Part shown: in pieces, positions 11,530 through 24,203 of the stretch
Layout of the letters: each line of letters opens with the position of its first letter
How positions within the stretch are numbered: the stretch's first letter is position 1
Source of the DNA: Vitrella brassicaformis CCMP3155
Lineage: Eukaryota; Protista; Chromerida
Direction of reading: 5' to 3'
Length of the DNA: 64,000 nt
NCBI GenBank assembly: GCA_001179505.1
Contig: CDMY01000077.1
Span: 1 to 64,000, forward strand
Program-made: the position numbers and the translations under genes
Notes under the pieces: generated by a model
Told to the model about the DNA's origin: nothing
What the model saw: the letters and a program-made list of their open reading frames with translations, nothing else
Databases searched by the model: none

Positions 11530-12700
11530 TCACAAGTATACCTGCTGTGTGTCTGTGATGCGCTGTCTGCATCTCGGGCACAGCCGCTTTGCCGAAGGGC
11601 CGCTCATCAGCCGACCGGCACACTCACCACACAGACACAAATGGCGCTGCACACACACATGGTAGACACCAAACGGAAGGGACACATGGAGGCATCACGT
11701 GCATGTGGGTGAGCTTACACATGGGATGAGAGGAATGCTCTTGTCCTTGTCCATGCACACATCGCACTTCAAATGTTCGCCCTCGTCCCTTGTAGCCAAA
11801 GGGGCGCTGTTGCTCGATGGTGGTGAGCTGGGCTGTTGGTGCTGTTGGGTGCTGGTCGCCTGAGCAAGCGTGCAGAGGAAACAGCATACACAAAACATAT
11901 GGATGTCGTGGCTCGCCCCCCTTCTTGTGTGTCGAGTGGCTGACTTTCATTGTATCTCTTGCAGCTGCCGTATCAGCGCGTTCTCCTTCTGTTTGGCCTC
12001 GCGGCCTTGCTGCTCCAGCTGCCGACAGAGCTGGTCCACCAGACGCTCGCTGTCACCCGCCGAACACCAGCAGCAGCAGCAGCAGTGGCATTGCCCCTCC
12101 TTACTGTGCTCTCTCGTCCGCCTGTGCTGGACGATTGGGAGAGTGGAGTGGCAGCCAGAGTGGCGGCGGGAGGGCGGAAGGGGGGCGGCATTGGCACGTG
12201 ATGGCCACCGGTGCTGCCGTTATTGCGGTTGCTCGATGCTGATGGCCGATCGGGATTCTGACGCAGAAATGGGTTGAGTAGGCCGACAGATGCGGTTGGA
12301 GGGGGACGCTGAGGTCGAGGTGGCAATGCAGAGGGACTGGCCGACGGCTGAACAATCGCCATGGGGACGAAGGGCGGCGAGCCGCTGAGATACACCACAT
12401 GACACACCCATGATGCCAAACAGGTCCTGCACGTGCCCCTCTCTGTGTGCAAATGTCAATGTACCGATGTGTATGGGTCGGCGTGGGAGTGCCCTGCCCC
12501 CGGCCGGCAGGGGGTCGGGCAGCAGACGATGGGACAGGCCGACCGCGTATACTGCATCAAAACCAACTGTGTCTCCTTCTTCTCTTCTTGCGATGGCTTA
12601 CGACCGGCACCGGCACTGCCGTTGCCGGCAGGTGAGGTGGGGAGGCACGGCAGCTGTACCATCGTACGATGATGATGGGTAAGCATAGGGACTGCACACA
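11530..12700 (-). pseudogene. RING-HC (C3HC4) protein paralog 1, probable nonsense mutation
   Basis: Exons KCDVCMDKDKSIPLIPC|RHLCLCGECAGRLMSGPSAKRLCPRCRQRITDTQQVYL*. Upstream coiled-coil exon RQLQEIQ* has TGA at 11947-11949 where paralog 2 has CGA. 5' boundary approximate. Confidence 0.6.
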
Positions 12701-13150
12701 CAATGCAATGCAGTGAAGACCCATGAGAGAATGACTGTCCATCCCGTGCGCGTGACTCTGCTGACGTGCTGCGGGCCGCGGCAGCGAGGCGATCAGCAGC
12801 CGGTCCATCGATATATATATGAATGATTACAAGATGAGTAGCGGGCGAATGATTGATCGAATGTATACGTACACCACACCCATCGCGTCTCCTCACATAC
12901 ACGCATAGACACAAAAAGATAGACACACAAGCTCTCCATGTCAATCTCATCCCTTATCTGCTGCATCCATGCAGCACATGCATCCGTCGTCGACGGATGC
13001 TCTCATAAAAAATCACCTGCCAAGACCTGGGAGAGTTATCATGTCTCTTTCACCCACAGCAGATCCCGGAACACACACCTCTGACGCCACCCACCCATAT
13101 GTGAGACAATCAAAGCACATGACCGTCCGTCGCATTGCCTTAGGTAGGAT

Positions 13151-15410
13151 CTATGTCATTTGTGGTATATGCGTATAAGCCGAGTGTGGACAAAACTCTA
13201 GCAGCTTCACATCTCCGTAGACGGCAGGTTGCAGATCACGCAGCAGAGACATGGCGATCCAGTGTGAGAAGGTGGACGCGAACGCGGTAGATGCGACGAA
13301 CAGGGTCATCAGCTTGAATGTCAGGACTCCGGGCTCATTCTCACTCCGGAGCATGGGCAGATTGTGCAGCCGCACCGTTACCTACACGCACCAACCAGAC
13401 ACACATTAGACATACTGTCGCGTCCATTATGGTAATATCTCGCCGCTATGTATCGTCGTGTCTCCCTCCCTTGTCTCTCACTAGCTTGCCCAGCCGACCC
13501 ACCATGAACAAGATGACCTCGCATGCCATCTCGATTGCGACGAGGACACCCAGCCCGCCCAGCCTCTCGAGCAGCCGGGGCAGCGAGAAGGGATGCAGCA
13601 GCTGCTCCATCGATATAAGTGAGAGATTGATGAAGATCAGAATCAGGCTCTCGGCCTGGTTGTAGGCGTACTGTTGGTCCCTCAACGCACGAAGATACCT
13701 CGGACGAAAGTCGAATGCGATGAAATTACTCTGGAGGTCGAGGGTCGACTTTATGGATGACAGACTAGTGGAAGCTGACCGCATTCGCCGGCCCATCCGC
13801 ATCACGCTCTGATGGATCTCGCTCGACGAGTGCCTCGGCTCCCCACTGCTGAGACGACTAATCGATGCTGCTGTCCCCTTGTTGCTCGATGTCATGGTCT
13901 CGATATGCTCAGTATGGCTTTCGCACTCGGAGCTTGGACAGCCTATCTTCTGTGCCGGCTTGGCCGATCGGTCGTTACGTGGCCTCGTGAGCCACCGGGT
14001 GACATTGACTTGGAGCATATCGGTATAGGGCACCGCCAGGTCACCCACGAGATCGTAGAGGGCGAACAGCAAAGACGACATGACCTTGTTTCTGAGGAAG
14101 GTCATTTCAGCCTGTTGCATCAGGCAACGAACGACAGGACAGACAGACGACACACAGCAGAAACACACAAGCCGATCGATGCCAGGTTGTGTGCCATTTT
14201 TTCGCTGTATGCTGACCTGTAGCAGACGGGGAATGATAAGGGATCCCAAAACCAGATAATAGATTACAGCATGATTGTACAGCGGCGGCCCATCTCTCAT
14301 CTTGCGTACCTATAGAAAGCAACCGTGGAACGACAAGAGATCTCAGAGAGACAGACAGATCGAACGTATAGATGCTTTAAAAGTTGTACCATCCCGTTTG
14401 CCAGGGCCACCAAAGGAAAGGAGCAGAAGAGACATGTGAAGGCCACTAGGGCCCTCTCGCCATCGGTCGCCGCCCTCTCGCCTCTCGGGAGGAAGATGGC
14501 ACTCCATAAAAAGGCAGCCGTCAGCGAAACAATGGGAACAATTGTCATCTGAAGGGTGTACAGCCATCGTCTCTTCACGGCTGGCGTATCCCGCGCCACT
14601 TGTTGAAAGAGCCCAAATGGGAGTAAGACCATGTAGCCTATATACTCTAACCTGTAAGAGACACATGAGAAAATAAGCAATCATGTGTCTTCAGGCTTGC
14701 TCTCGAGGTGCCTATGTGTCTCGCTCACTTACGTTAGAAGGATCACAGCATAGGGCCAAAGACGAGGCTGGACAAAGAGGTGGGGTAAGGCAACGCTGAC
14801 GACTGTAGGTACGAGAAAGTAATGCCACGATTTGCAGAACCGGCTAAACAATCTCTCGCAACGGTATCCCTCAACGATTGCCAGGTAGTATACGATGACG
14901 CACAAGGAGGTCGCCGTAGTCCTTGCGTAGTCCACAGCTATCACTAGGGGTGTCGTTTTGGATTCGCACGTGCGCCAAAAGGCAAGCGGCCAAACCACCT
15001 GCATGCGTGCGAGACAGATTTGAACAGCTTCTCTTCCTTCTTCGCTTTTTAGGAAAGCCCACCATTGGTAAGGCCAAGAGAAATGCGTACAAAACTTGCA
15101 GCATGACGGTGCGGATGACGCGCCATAGTGACCGCTTAAATGGCTCAGGCGAAAAACGACTGCCAATCAGCACTTCCCGCACTTGGATTGTCTCTCCATC
15201 ATCCACCACTGTCGGCTCATAAACAAGATGCGATTCGAATTCTTCGAAGGCCGCCGGGTAATTTGCATGCACGCGCGGGTGCAGTGCGGACATGAAAGGT
15301 GTATCAATCAGATTTATGCTGCCTGCGTGCTATTCCTTCAGCCCGTTCATGCATTTGGCTCACCGGCAGCCTTCTCGAACTCCATTTTCATCGCCTGGAT
15401 TGCCATTTCC
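13151..15410 (-). CDS. Multi-pass membrane protein, unknown family, multi-exon
   Basis: Series of hydrophobic exons (RTVMLQVLYAFLLALPM; YIGYMVLLPFGLFQQ; IVPIVSLTAAFLWSAIF; AESLILIFINLSLISME; FKLMTLFVASTAF) separated by GT-AG introns. Ends approximate. Confidence 0.65.
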
Positions 15411-15639
15411 TAGTTGAGGGCATATATTCTCCGAAGCTGTCCCAAAGAACCACTGCCTCCTCTTCACTCGCTGCGTGTTGGGGGAGAGGGTGGGAGGCCG
15501 ACATGACGGACAAATCTGGGCGTCCCTCACTGAAGTGCGTCACGGGAAGGCCATTCATCTTGGCAAGGCGGTGTCAGCTCATCGTTGGCCTTTTTTGGCG
15601 AGCCAAAAGGCGATTTCGGATCCTCCGCTGCTCACCCGA

Positions 15640-16017
15640 ATGAGGCCAATCAGCCGCACAGTCCACCCGTGCTGGTTCAATGACGACCTACGAAAGGAGG
15701 TGAAGCGACTGACGGAGCAAGTCAACGAGCTGTATGACACCAACTTGACCAAGCACGAAGTGAAGGAGCTGCGTGAGATGACGGAGAAATTGGATGAGGC
15801 ACACGAGCTGAGGGAGACCATTTTGGACACGGTGGTGGGACGCAGGCGTGATAAGTATTACTATACGAGCGAAAGTGAGATGACGGCGCTGGCGGACAGG
15901 CTGAATGAGTTGTGCGACAAGCTGACCAATACCGCAGACAACCTGTCTACGCTCTCAGACACGCTCGTGGAGAAGGGAGTCATCGAGAGCGACGATCTAC
16001 CTTATTCGCTGCAGTAA
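15640..16017 (+). CDS. Small coiled-coil hypothetical protein (125 aa)
   Basis: Single ORF from ATG 15640 with heptad-like LRKEVKRLTEQVNELYD...LADRLNELCDKLTNTADNLSTLSDTL. Confidence 0.6.
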   Translation: MRPISRTVHPCWFNDDLRKEVKRLTEQVNELYDTNLTKHEVKELREMTEKLDEAHELRETILDTVVGRRRDKYYYTSESEMTALADRLNELCDKLTNTADNLSTLSDTLVEKGVIESDDLPYSLQ

Positions 16018-16228
16018 ATGAGAGGCCCGAAGACAGGCAGGCAGTTGTGTGTTTGGCTCATGTTGAGGTGTAACCTAGCTAATCTTTGGCAGTAAGGTGT
16101 GCATCTATAGATTAATAAATGAAAGCTCATTTCATTGCATAGACACGAAGGACACACATGGACTGTCCACTGTACAAGACCACCACAACAAATAGATGAA
16201 TGTCCGCGTATAGGCTGCCATCTCTGAG

Positions 16229-17251
16229 GTGGTCGGCCCCTCCTTCTCCCTCCCCTCCCTCCAAGACTTTCTCTCGAGACCGCAGGTTCGGCTACAGCAG
16301 CGCCTGACCGATCAACTGCACAAGTTCCGCTTCAACGAGCTCTTCAACTCCCTTCCCCCCGACAGCAGAGCCCGCGCCCGTCTTCTGAGCTGCCAAGGGC
16401 CTCTTTCGTCTGGCTGGCTGTCAGCAATCCCTTCCAGCGATAGCAAGACACTGAACAACTTCCAGTATCGCCACGCCGTCGCCGGGTGTCTCGGCATTGC
16501 CCTCCCGCACGCAACCATCTCACAGCGATGCATCTGCGGCGGGGAGGTGGACAAGTTTGGCGATCACTTCTACGTGTGTCACACCGGCCGTGAGCGAGTC
16601 ACGAGACACAACAACATGCGCAACTTGTTTGTTCGCATCCTGGCTGAAGCAGATGTTCCCTCCAATGTGGAGGTGTCTCTGCACAGCCTCGGCATCACCC
16701 CGCCTGACGACAACCCCAACAACCAGCGCATGGACATCTACTGTGTGATCGACGGCAGTGACTACCTGCTCGACGTCACCGCCGCCCACCCCTGCCGCCC
16801 TGACAACTCCCCCATCCCCTTCCACCGAACAGTCAACCGGCGTGGTGCACAGCTCCCAGGTGGCAAGGCGGCTCAGCTTGCGGAGAAAGACAAGATCGAC
16901 AAGTATGGACCAATCACGCAAGCAGCCGGCTTCCGCTTCGTGCCCCTCGCTGCGGAGACATTCGGCAGATGGGGAGACAAGACCATGGATTTTCTCAAGA
17001 TGCTCGCCAAACGAAAGCCTCGCCCCACATCCATTCCCATGGAGGAGGACACAGCCTTCCGAGAGAGCATCGTCAACCACTGGAGCCAGCTCCTGTCCGT
17101 CGAGCTGATGAAGCACAACGCGTTTCAAGTGGCGAGTCGTGCGCAGCGCGCGGCGGCCGCCAGAGGGCCACGGAGGGCCAGCGCGTTTCCGGAGGACTTC
17201 GTCAGCCGCGGGCCACACAGGCCACACACCAGCCCCGCTGCGGGGCTGTAA
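16229..17251 (+). mobile_element. 5'-truncated CRE-like non-LTR retrotransposon, second family, ORF fragment uninterrupted
   Basis: RARLLSCQGPLSSGWLSAIP; CICGGEVDKFGDHFYVC knuckle; RHNNMRN; RMDI...LDVT (RLE); KIDKY; FVPLAAETFGRWG. No RT core upstream. Confidence 0.88.
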
Positions 17252-17680
17252 GGTGGCTGGCTGGACCTGGGTCCTAAGTGTGTGTGTCATGTTGCATGTC
17301 TCGCGCTTGTTTGCAGTGTGCGACATGTTTTCGCAGTCAACGAGCGCTGTCCATTGTTTCGGCATGTATTGTTTCGCTTCATTTGCTTGGAACGAACTGA
17401 TGCTTAGACGAACTTCGTCGCCCGTTTCATGCATCTACTTAACCGAACCAGTCCCTAGAGAGCTAATACAGCTAAGCACATACAGCCACACGACACATGG
17501 CCCCAGCACTGCCTGCGTCTGCCTGATACCCTCCTCAATGCGAACATGCCGCCATCAGCAAGCAGGGAGGCACCTGGAGATGGCACTGCGAGAGAAACGT
17601 CACTACAGCCACAGTCACGCAGGCCCCTCGACCCACACACGCACACACTAGCTAGCCAACAGTCGACGACAAACCCACTT

Positions 17681-17730
17681 ACCCCATCCTCTCTCCCCTC
17701 CCCTCCCCTCCCCTCCCTCCCCTCCCCTCC
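17681..17730 (+). repeat. (CCCTC)n simple repeat
   Basis: Directly visible pentanucleotide run. Confidence 0.85.
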
Positions 17731-17738
17731 ACGTGTCG

Positions 17739-17911
17739 TCAGACGAACACCTGTTCTGTCTTGGTGATTGGCTGTCTGCATATGGGGCACAGCCGCTCGG
17801 CCGGGGGGCCCCACATCAACTCACCGGCACACTCAGCAGACAGGCGTAAGTGGTGCTGCCCACATCGACCGACAAAGAGAGGCATTCATTTGTTGCAGGC
17901 ATGGACCTCTC

Positions 17912-17946
<35 letters not shown>

Positions 17947-19792
17947 GTGCGTGTGTGTGTGTGTGTGTGTGCCTACGCATGGTATGAGCACGACTTTCCT
18001 GCGGTTGTCCAAGCACACAGCGCACTTGATATTCTCGGCATCATCCGCCGCAGAAGCAAGCCTGTGGCAAAAGAAAGACATGTGTCTGTCTGTGGTCGGA
18101 TTGCTGACTCACTTTCGTTTCGCCTCTTGCAGCTGTCGCATCAGCTCTTCCTTCTCCCGGCGCATCTGGCCAAGCAGGTGGTGCTCTCTTTCCCATGCTG
18201 CCGCTGACCAAGACGCCCTGAGGCACGACACACCAACACACCAACACAAACACGCCACCCGGCTCAGTCCGTCTGTTTGGCTCCCTTACGTTGGTCGGAC
18301 ACTTAAGGGATGGGCGGGGGGTGGAGGCACAGACAGATCCATCACCACCACGGGCACCCGGATGGTGCGGTGGGGACGAGTACAGCGAGTGGTCGACATC
18401 GCTGCAGGTGAAGGTCGCGGGGGAGGCGGCGGTGGGTGTGCGGGGCACGGTACGTAGGCCGCCACAGCAGCAATCGCCCCGGTCCCACTCGACGCCTTCT
18501 CCCCTATGCTCATCCCCTCCACACCACGACGGTCGACCTCGGCACGCGAGGGACTGGTTGAGGGCTCGACAGCAGGCTCCTCCTCTGGCGACGCCTCCCG
18601 GCCATGCCCATGTGCAGAGAGGGACTGGCCTGACCCCTCAGAGGTTTCCTGAGACGGCTGCGGCGGTGGTGCTTCAGCTTGGCGGGGAGGTCGCCCAGTG
18701 CGTGCAGCGGCCGCTACTGTTGACGGGGATAGCGGCTCAACGCTGGGGACATGCAACTGAGGCCTCTGGTGCGTGAATCTGCGTCTGGTGCGAACCTGTC
18801 CCGCTGGCGGCTTCGCGATGAGGGGCGGGGGAGGGGGACGGGGACGCGGAGGCTGCGCGGTGAGGAAGATGGGCACCCGTCCGTCCCATTGTCGCTGCAC
18901 CACCATCGGCATCCGGGTCGCCTGAGTGGCATCGGGCGGTGGTGGTGGTGGTGGTGGTGATGGTGGCGGCGGAGGAGGGCGGTCGGCCGGCGAGGGCATT
19001 CCAACAGCATGAGTATTGCCCGTGCTGCCCGTGGCTTCACCATCGACCATCCGAGCGTTGGTAGAGTCAGAGGGGGTGGGCGTCGATGCAGAGATGGGTC
19101 CAGCAAGTGGCACATCCGGCGCCTGAGGAGTCTCGCTCGCCTCCTTAATGATCGACATGGCCGCCATGCTGGCGATGCTGCCCGGCACCGCCTGCAAGTG
19201 GCTCTTTGTCTCCCGGCTGCCGCCGATTGCGATGTGTGGTTCATCGACGACAGCGGCACAGCAACGCCGCTTCCCTGAGAGGACTGGAGGTCTTGCTCAC
19301 GACGATGGACAGCCCAGATGGGCAGAGGGAGTATGCCTCGTTGCCAGGGAGAGAGCAAGGCCGACGGCGGGAAAGACGGCGCGTCGACCTAAATACAAAC
19401 AGACAAGTGTGTGCGCGTATATTTATCGTGGGCACGTGTGCGTGTGTGTTGTTGGGTTGGGTGCTTGCTGACTTTGGCGTCGTTATTGCTGCTGTCGATG
19501 GGTATCATCTCATCGAGGCTCAGGACGCCCCTGCGTGCCAACCACAGGACTCATCGCCACAGCTGCATGTGGATCAGGCAGGGACAGACACACAATCATG
19601 GTTTCTTTGGTCCCCGTGTGTGTGCCATGTGTGCATCAGATGCTGGCCTGATGGTTCGCGACGGATCAGAGACGAAGTGATGCCGTGGAGCGACAACTTA
19701 TCCAGCTGCAGCCACACCAAAGCACATGCACGCATCCACCCACACAACCCCCCCATCCTTCGGCTCACCATGCTCCTCCTCACTCGCTGCAT
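17739..19792 (-). CDS. RING-HC protein paralog 2, Pro-rich, degenerate RING
   Basis: MRQLQEAKRK|LASAADDAENIKCAVCLDNRRKVVLIPC|HHLRLSAECAGELMWGPPAERLCPICRQPITKTEQVFV*. Same RING intron positions as paralog 1. 5' exons uncertain. Confidence 0.6.
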
Positions 19793-19967
19793 AGCCTGCA
19801 GCGACAGACGCCGGCCTCGCAGCAGTCTCGCAGCAGCCTGACGATGGATAGCGAGGCTGTTTTGCCCTCAGATGCGTGTTTCATGCTGAAAGGAGCTCAC
19901 CCACAGTGGAGAAGGGCAGGAAAAGGAGGGGAATCTCTCGCTTCTTTGCGAGCTCGAAGAGGTCTGC

Positions 19968-21300
19968 GATCCTGGTTGGTTGGTTAAGGGTTTGACGAGA
20001 CACCTGTCCCTAAGCCCGGCGCTACCTTCCGGCGCAACCAGGCATCTTCTCTGTCCACAGCACACACCAAACAGGCAACAGGCACATGCAGAATGCATGC
20101 ACAAGGCCTATCTGCCCTTCCCATGGAGCAGTGGGTGCTAGTCTGACAGATCCTGGTTGGTTGGTTGGTTAAGGGTTTGACGAGACACCTGTCCCTAAGC
20201 CCGGCGCTACCTTCCGGCGCAACCAGGCATCTTCTCTGTCCACAGCACACACCAAACAGGCAACAGGGACATGCAGAATGCATGCACAAGGCCTATCTGC
20301 CCTTCCCATGGAGCAGTGGGTGCTAGTCTGACAAGTCAGCGTCAAGCACCCACTGCTCCATCTCATGCAACTCATATATGAAGTCATACTCACCATCAAA
20401 CTGACTGGGTGGGAGAGATGGATTGAGTGCAAGCCAGCGAGCCCGCTCCTTGTGTGCAGCTAGGAGGAAGTCTGCAACTGCTGAAAGGAGCGGTAGCTTA
20501 TCTGACTGCAGCAGAGAGGTAGTGAAAACTATAGGGTGCGCCTTGCTCCATCGCTTGTAGTTACAAGCATCAGGGGCGGTAATACCATACTTATGAATGG
20601 TGGAGAAAAGTGCGTGACGCAATGTAGAATACAGAGGACACGAGACAAGTATGTGTGTCTCATCCTCTACTGGAGGACGAGGCACACTATGACCACCGAC
20701 ATCACGGACCGAAACCAACAGATCATTACGATGCGAGCAGTAAGCACATGATCTATATTCTCGCGGACAGTCGATCAATCGGCCATCCATGAGAGCAGAC
20801 GGATGACAACCGGTACGGAAGAGAAAAAGCACACGCCGCTGGTGTGCAGGGAGTGCTAAGTATGGCAGAAAGGCTGGCAGCGGCTGGATAAGCCGATGCA
20901 GCCAATCTTGTCCATGCTGAAGCACTTCCATATATGACTGCGCTGGCACGTATGATGCCATGCACACGAGCGAGTCAAGGTCACACCGGCACTCACGCAG
21001 AGGAGGAGCAAAGGAACGATGCAAGCGTGGGAATGACACGGGAAAGGAATGATTGAAAAGGCGACAACCAGGGACAAAGAGGAGCTTACGTGCTTGAAAA
21101 AGTGCTCTGCCAGACACCCTTGTCTGACCAGATGCATAAGAACGCCATGGAAGCAAAGACACTGCCTGAGCCGTTAGAGAGATAGGCGGGGGGAGAGAGG
21201 GAGTAGCAGGCAAGCTAGGGACGCGAGCATGAGCCCAACGTTTTTCCAAGATTCGAGCGAGACAGGCAGGGAAGAGCGCTTTCGCGTAACTGTGCAACCG
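19968..21300 (-). mobile_element. 5'-truncated LINE (C-terminal CCHC zinc finger) with tandemly duplicated 3' end and (AACC)n tail
   Basis: FRTGCHP..DGRLIDCPREYRSCAYC...VEDETHILVSCPLYSTLR is typical of LINE ORF2 C-termini. Stop at 20323-20325. Repeat units 19968-20148 and 20149-20333 each end in (AACC)n on the minus strand. Confidence 0.8.
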
Positions 21301-21358
21301 TTACTGCGTTAACGGCTGCGGCACACTGTAAGCTTGGCGGCTCACCCATTTCGAAGCC

Positions 21359-22848
21359 ATGGTTGCTCTCTTCGTCGTCCTTCTCTGTCTCGGCTACGTC
21401 CATGTTGGGGTGCAAGGCATCGGTCTCGACGTGATCCGGATGCTCATCGACAATCCTGATGCTGTGGTCGGTAACACAACAGCAAAGGTGGCGTGACGGC
21501 GGCCTGCATGGTTCTATGTCTGTCTATGCACCAACCAGGCAATCCTCAACCCCGCTCAGATCCGAGAGCCGTGGCTTGTCGTCGACGCCGACGCACGTGG
21601 ACGGGCGTTTCTTCCCGACGGCACCGAAGTGACAAACCAGGCAAGTGGCCGTCGGGGCGCACACACGATTCTGTCTTCAACCGCCAATACGTACTGTACA
21701 CATGTCGGGGTCCTCAGCTCGGCAGTGGGGACATCTTCGCGGAGGACCTTATCTGGGCTGGGGGGAATGTGAAAGCTCGACGGGTTCGTTAGCAAAAACA
21801 GAAACAGACATGCATGTACGCACCAGCGAGTGCACTGACTTGCTGGCTGTTGACTGGTCACATTTGTTTGTTCAGGACGTCATAGCAGGCAACGGTAAAC
21901 CGTGTGGCAAGGACATTCTTCAGCAAAGGACGACACACACCGGATGCTGTCTGCTTGTCTCTTTGCTCATCGAGCAGAAGTCACTGCCAAGAAGGTGAGG
22001 GCTTATGACAGCTTGACTGCGCATAAGGACATGTCTGTGTGGGGTGACCTTCGCGTCTACGGTGCGCTCTGTTACAAGATTCAGACCACCTACTTTCTTT
22101 CTGAGGTGGCTTGTATCTGCGTGCAGGCGGAGTTGGGCCCACCCCCGCCGCACTTGAGGTGCATGGATATACACTTCAGGCGCAAGACATCAAGGCGGTT
22201 AGGATCGTGGCTGGCAGCGTACCAACAGGCATGGCTCTAGAGTATGGTGACATCATTGCGTCAAAGGATTTGGCGTCCGGAAAGGACGTGCACTCTCATC
22301 GGGACGTCACTGCGAGACGTGAGCTGCGGGCCCCCAAACTGGAAGCAGACGAATGCTCCTGCGCCTCGCTGGTCGACACACGACGGGCGATTGCGGGGGC
22401 ATTCGAGGTCCGCAGCAGTGACCAGCCGTCCTCTTCCCTGGCTGAGTGGGCCGACAGCGACCGGTCGGCGGCGTACGATGCCTTCAAGCAACTGCGGGTG
22501 CGCACTGACCGAGACGCCCGACTAGGCTTGGCCAGTGCTGATGTGCAAAGGCTCCTCCCATCGGCAGTGAAGACATTCGTGCCACACGTGCACCAAGCTG
22601 CTGATGAGGAGGATGACGACAGCGAGGCCGCTGCAGCAGGGGGACAGGCTGAGGCTGCTCAGGAGATGACCATCGACCTCACGCAGCTGCTCTACACACA
22701 GATGGCCGTCATTCAAGACCTCATCAACGAGAAAGAAGCTCTGACCAAGAATGACGACGCCATGGCCAAGACGATTGGGTCCCTGATGGGTCGCATTGCT
22801 CGTCTGGAGCAGGGCAGTGGCGGCGATGGGCTTTTGGGTTCCAATTGA
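21359..22848 (+). CDS. Secreted protein with tail-fibre-like beta repeats and C-terminal S74-like chaperone domain plus coiled coil
   Basis: Exon 1 (21359-21487) encodes signal peptide MVALFVVLLCLGYVHVGVQG. Repeats GDIFAEDLIWAGGNVKA, WGDLRVYG, GDIIASKDLASGKDV. Then SSDQ...LGLASADVQRLLPSAVK...MTIDLTQLLYTQMAVIQDL...LMGRIARLE. Middle exons not fully resolved. Confidence 0.65.
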
Positions 22849-23509
22849 GTAACTGCAAAAGGCAGCTTGGAAATTAGGTAGCTAGCTGTGTGGTGGCTGG
22901 GGGTGGGCATGAATTGTATTGGTCTGGCCGTGCGTGTGTGATGGCTCTGGTCTCTGTGCAATTGTCTCTTTGCAGCACGAGACGTGCACCCCTTTTTCGC
23001 TCGTATTAGTCCTTTCTTGTCGGATTTTCCCGCGTACGTGTGACGTCCATGCAGAGCGGCACACAGCACACCGTGCATGTGAGAGTGAAGTATGCATGTG
23101 GGTATGTGAGGGTGTGAGTAGGTAGTGTGCCTGCGTTGTTGCATTGATGCACAAAGGGCGGGGTGGACATACACACTGCGTGGATGTGCATATGGATACA
23201 TAGCGGGTGCTCTCTCTCACTGCTACCTGCAGGCATGCATGCTGCTGTGGCTGTCTGCCCTTTGCTACTTGGCGAACTTTGCAGTGATTTCTGTCCCCAT
23301 CCACAGGTGTGGGGTAGAACTAATCCCATCTCATCTCATCTCATCTCCATCCATATATATTTTTCGGTATGTATTGGCGTGCACTGCATGACTAGTTATG
23401 CATGGTCTTGTGTGCGACACACCCACTTTTTGATAGAATAGCAGTAATTTTGGCTGGACAAATGGACTGCTGTCGAGAATAGAGCTTTCTGGATCGTGTC
23501 GTGCCGTGT

Positions 23510-24030
23510 CTTTGGATGAAATGTGTCTGAATGTCTCGGTCTCGGTATGGAGCTGCACACATATCTGACACATTTTGCCCAGAGAGAGACAAATGAACGC
23601 ATGCGTGGGTGTGGTTGCCTGCCGGCCGGCTAGTGTGCTCCAAAAGAGTGAGTTGCTGACAGGTCGGCAGCACACGGAAATGACGTTGAGATGTTTGCAC
23701 AGACGTTGAGAGTGATCAATGCAATGCACCACAGACATAAACGTCATTCCCCGGCTAAGCTAACCAATCCACCCACAAACACCTGTCTGTTTGTCTCTCT
23801 CTGTCTCCCTTTGTCTGTCTGTCCGTCTGGTGCTATATAGTGGCAGGGAGATACGCGTGTGCCATGTGCTGCGTATCCCCCTGTCTGACACGTCTGTCAA
23901 GGTCTCTTCACCAGTCAGTCTCACTTAGCTCGTCGCCGCGCTGTGTGGATTTGAAAGATCAAACGGTCGGATATAAAATGTGAGCAGCGATGGACCTGAC
24001 ACAGACAGACAGACAGACAGACTGACTGAC
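23510..24030 (-). pseudogene. Partial duplicate of the 3' exons of the TGS1-like gene
   Basis: Aligns with about 32500-32790 (e.g. CAGACGTTGAGAGTGATCAATGCAATGC; CTGTGTGGATTTG...TATAAAATGT). The exon reads SIAAHILYPTV* versus SIAAYILYSTVG in the source. Confidence 0.75.
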
Positions 24031-24203
24031 AGACCGACAGCGTTGAGAAGTGCGCACCTTCCTGCTGTGCAATTCCTTCAGGAAGGATGATTGCCATTGA
24101 CATTGACCGGTGTGAGCTTACATGTCAGTGTATTTCCGCTTATACGCCTCCGGATGAACGCCCACATCGGTCTCTCCTCCCGTCCCCTGCAGCAATGAAC
24201 CAA

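Noticed and set aside
18340-18425. Plus-strand GWCGGDEYSEWSTSLQV resembling an FN3 C-terminus
   Set aside because: Antisense to RING paralog 2 exons, with no other FN3 strands or splice support.
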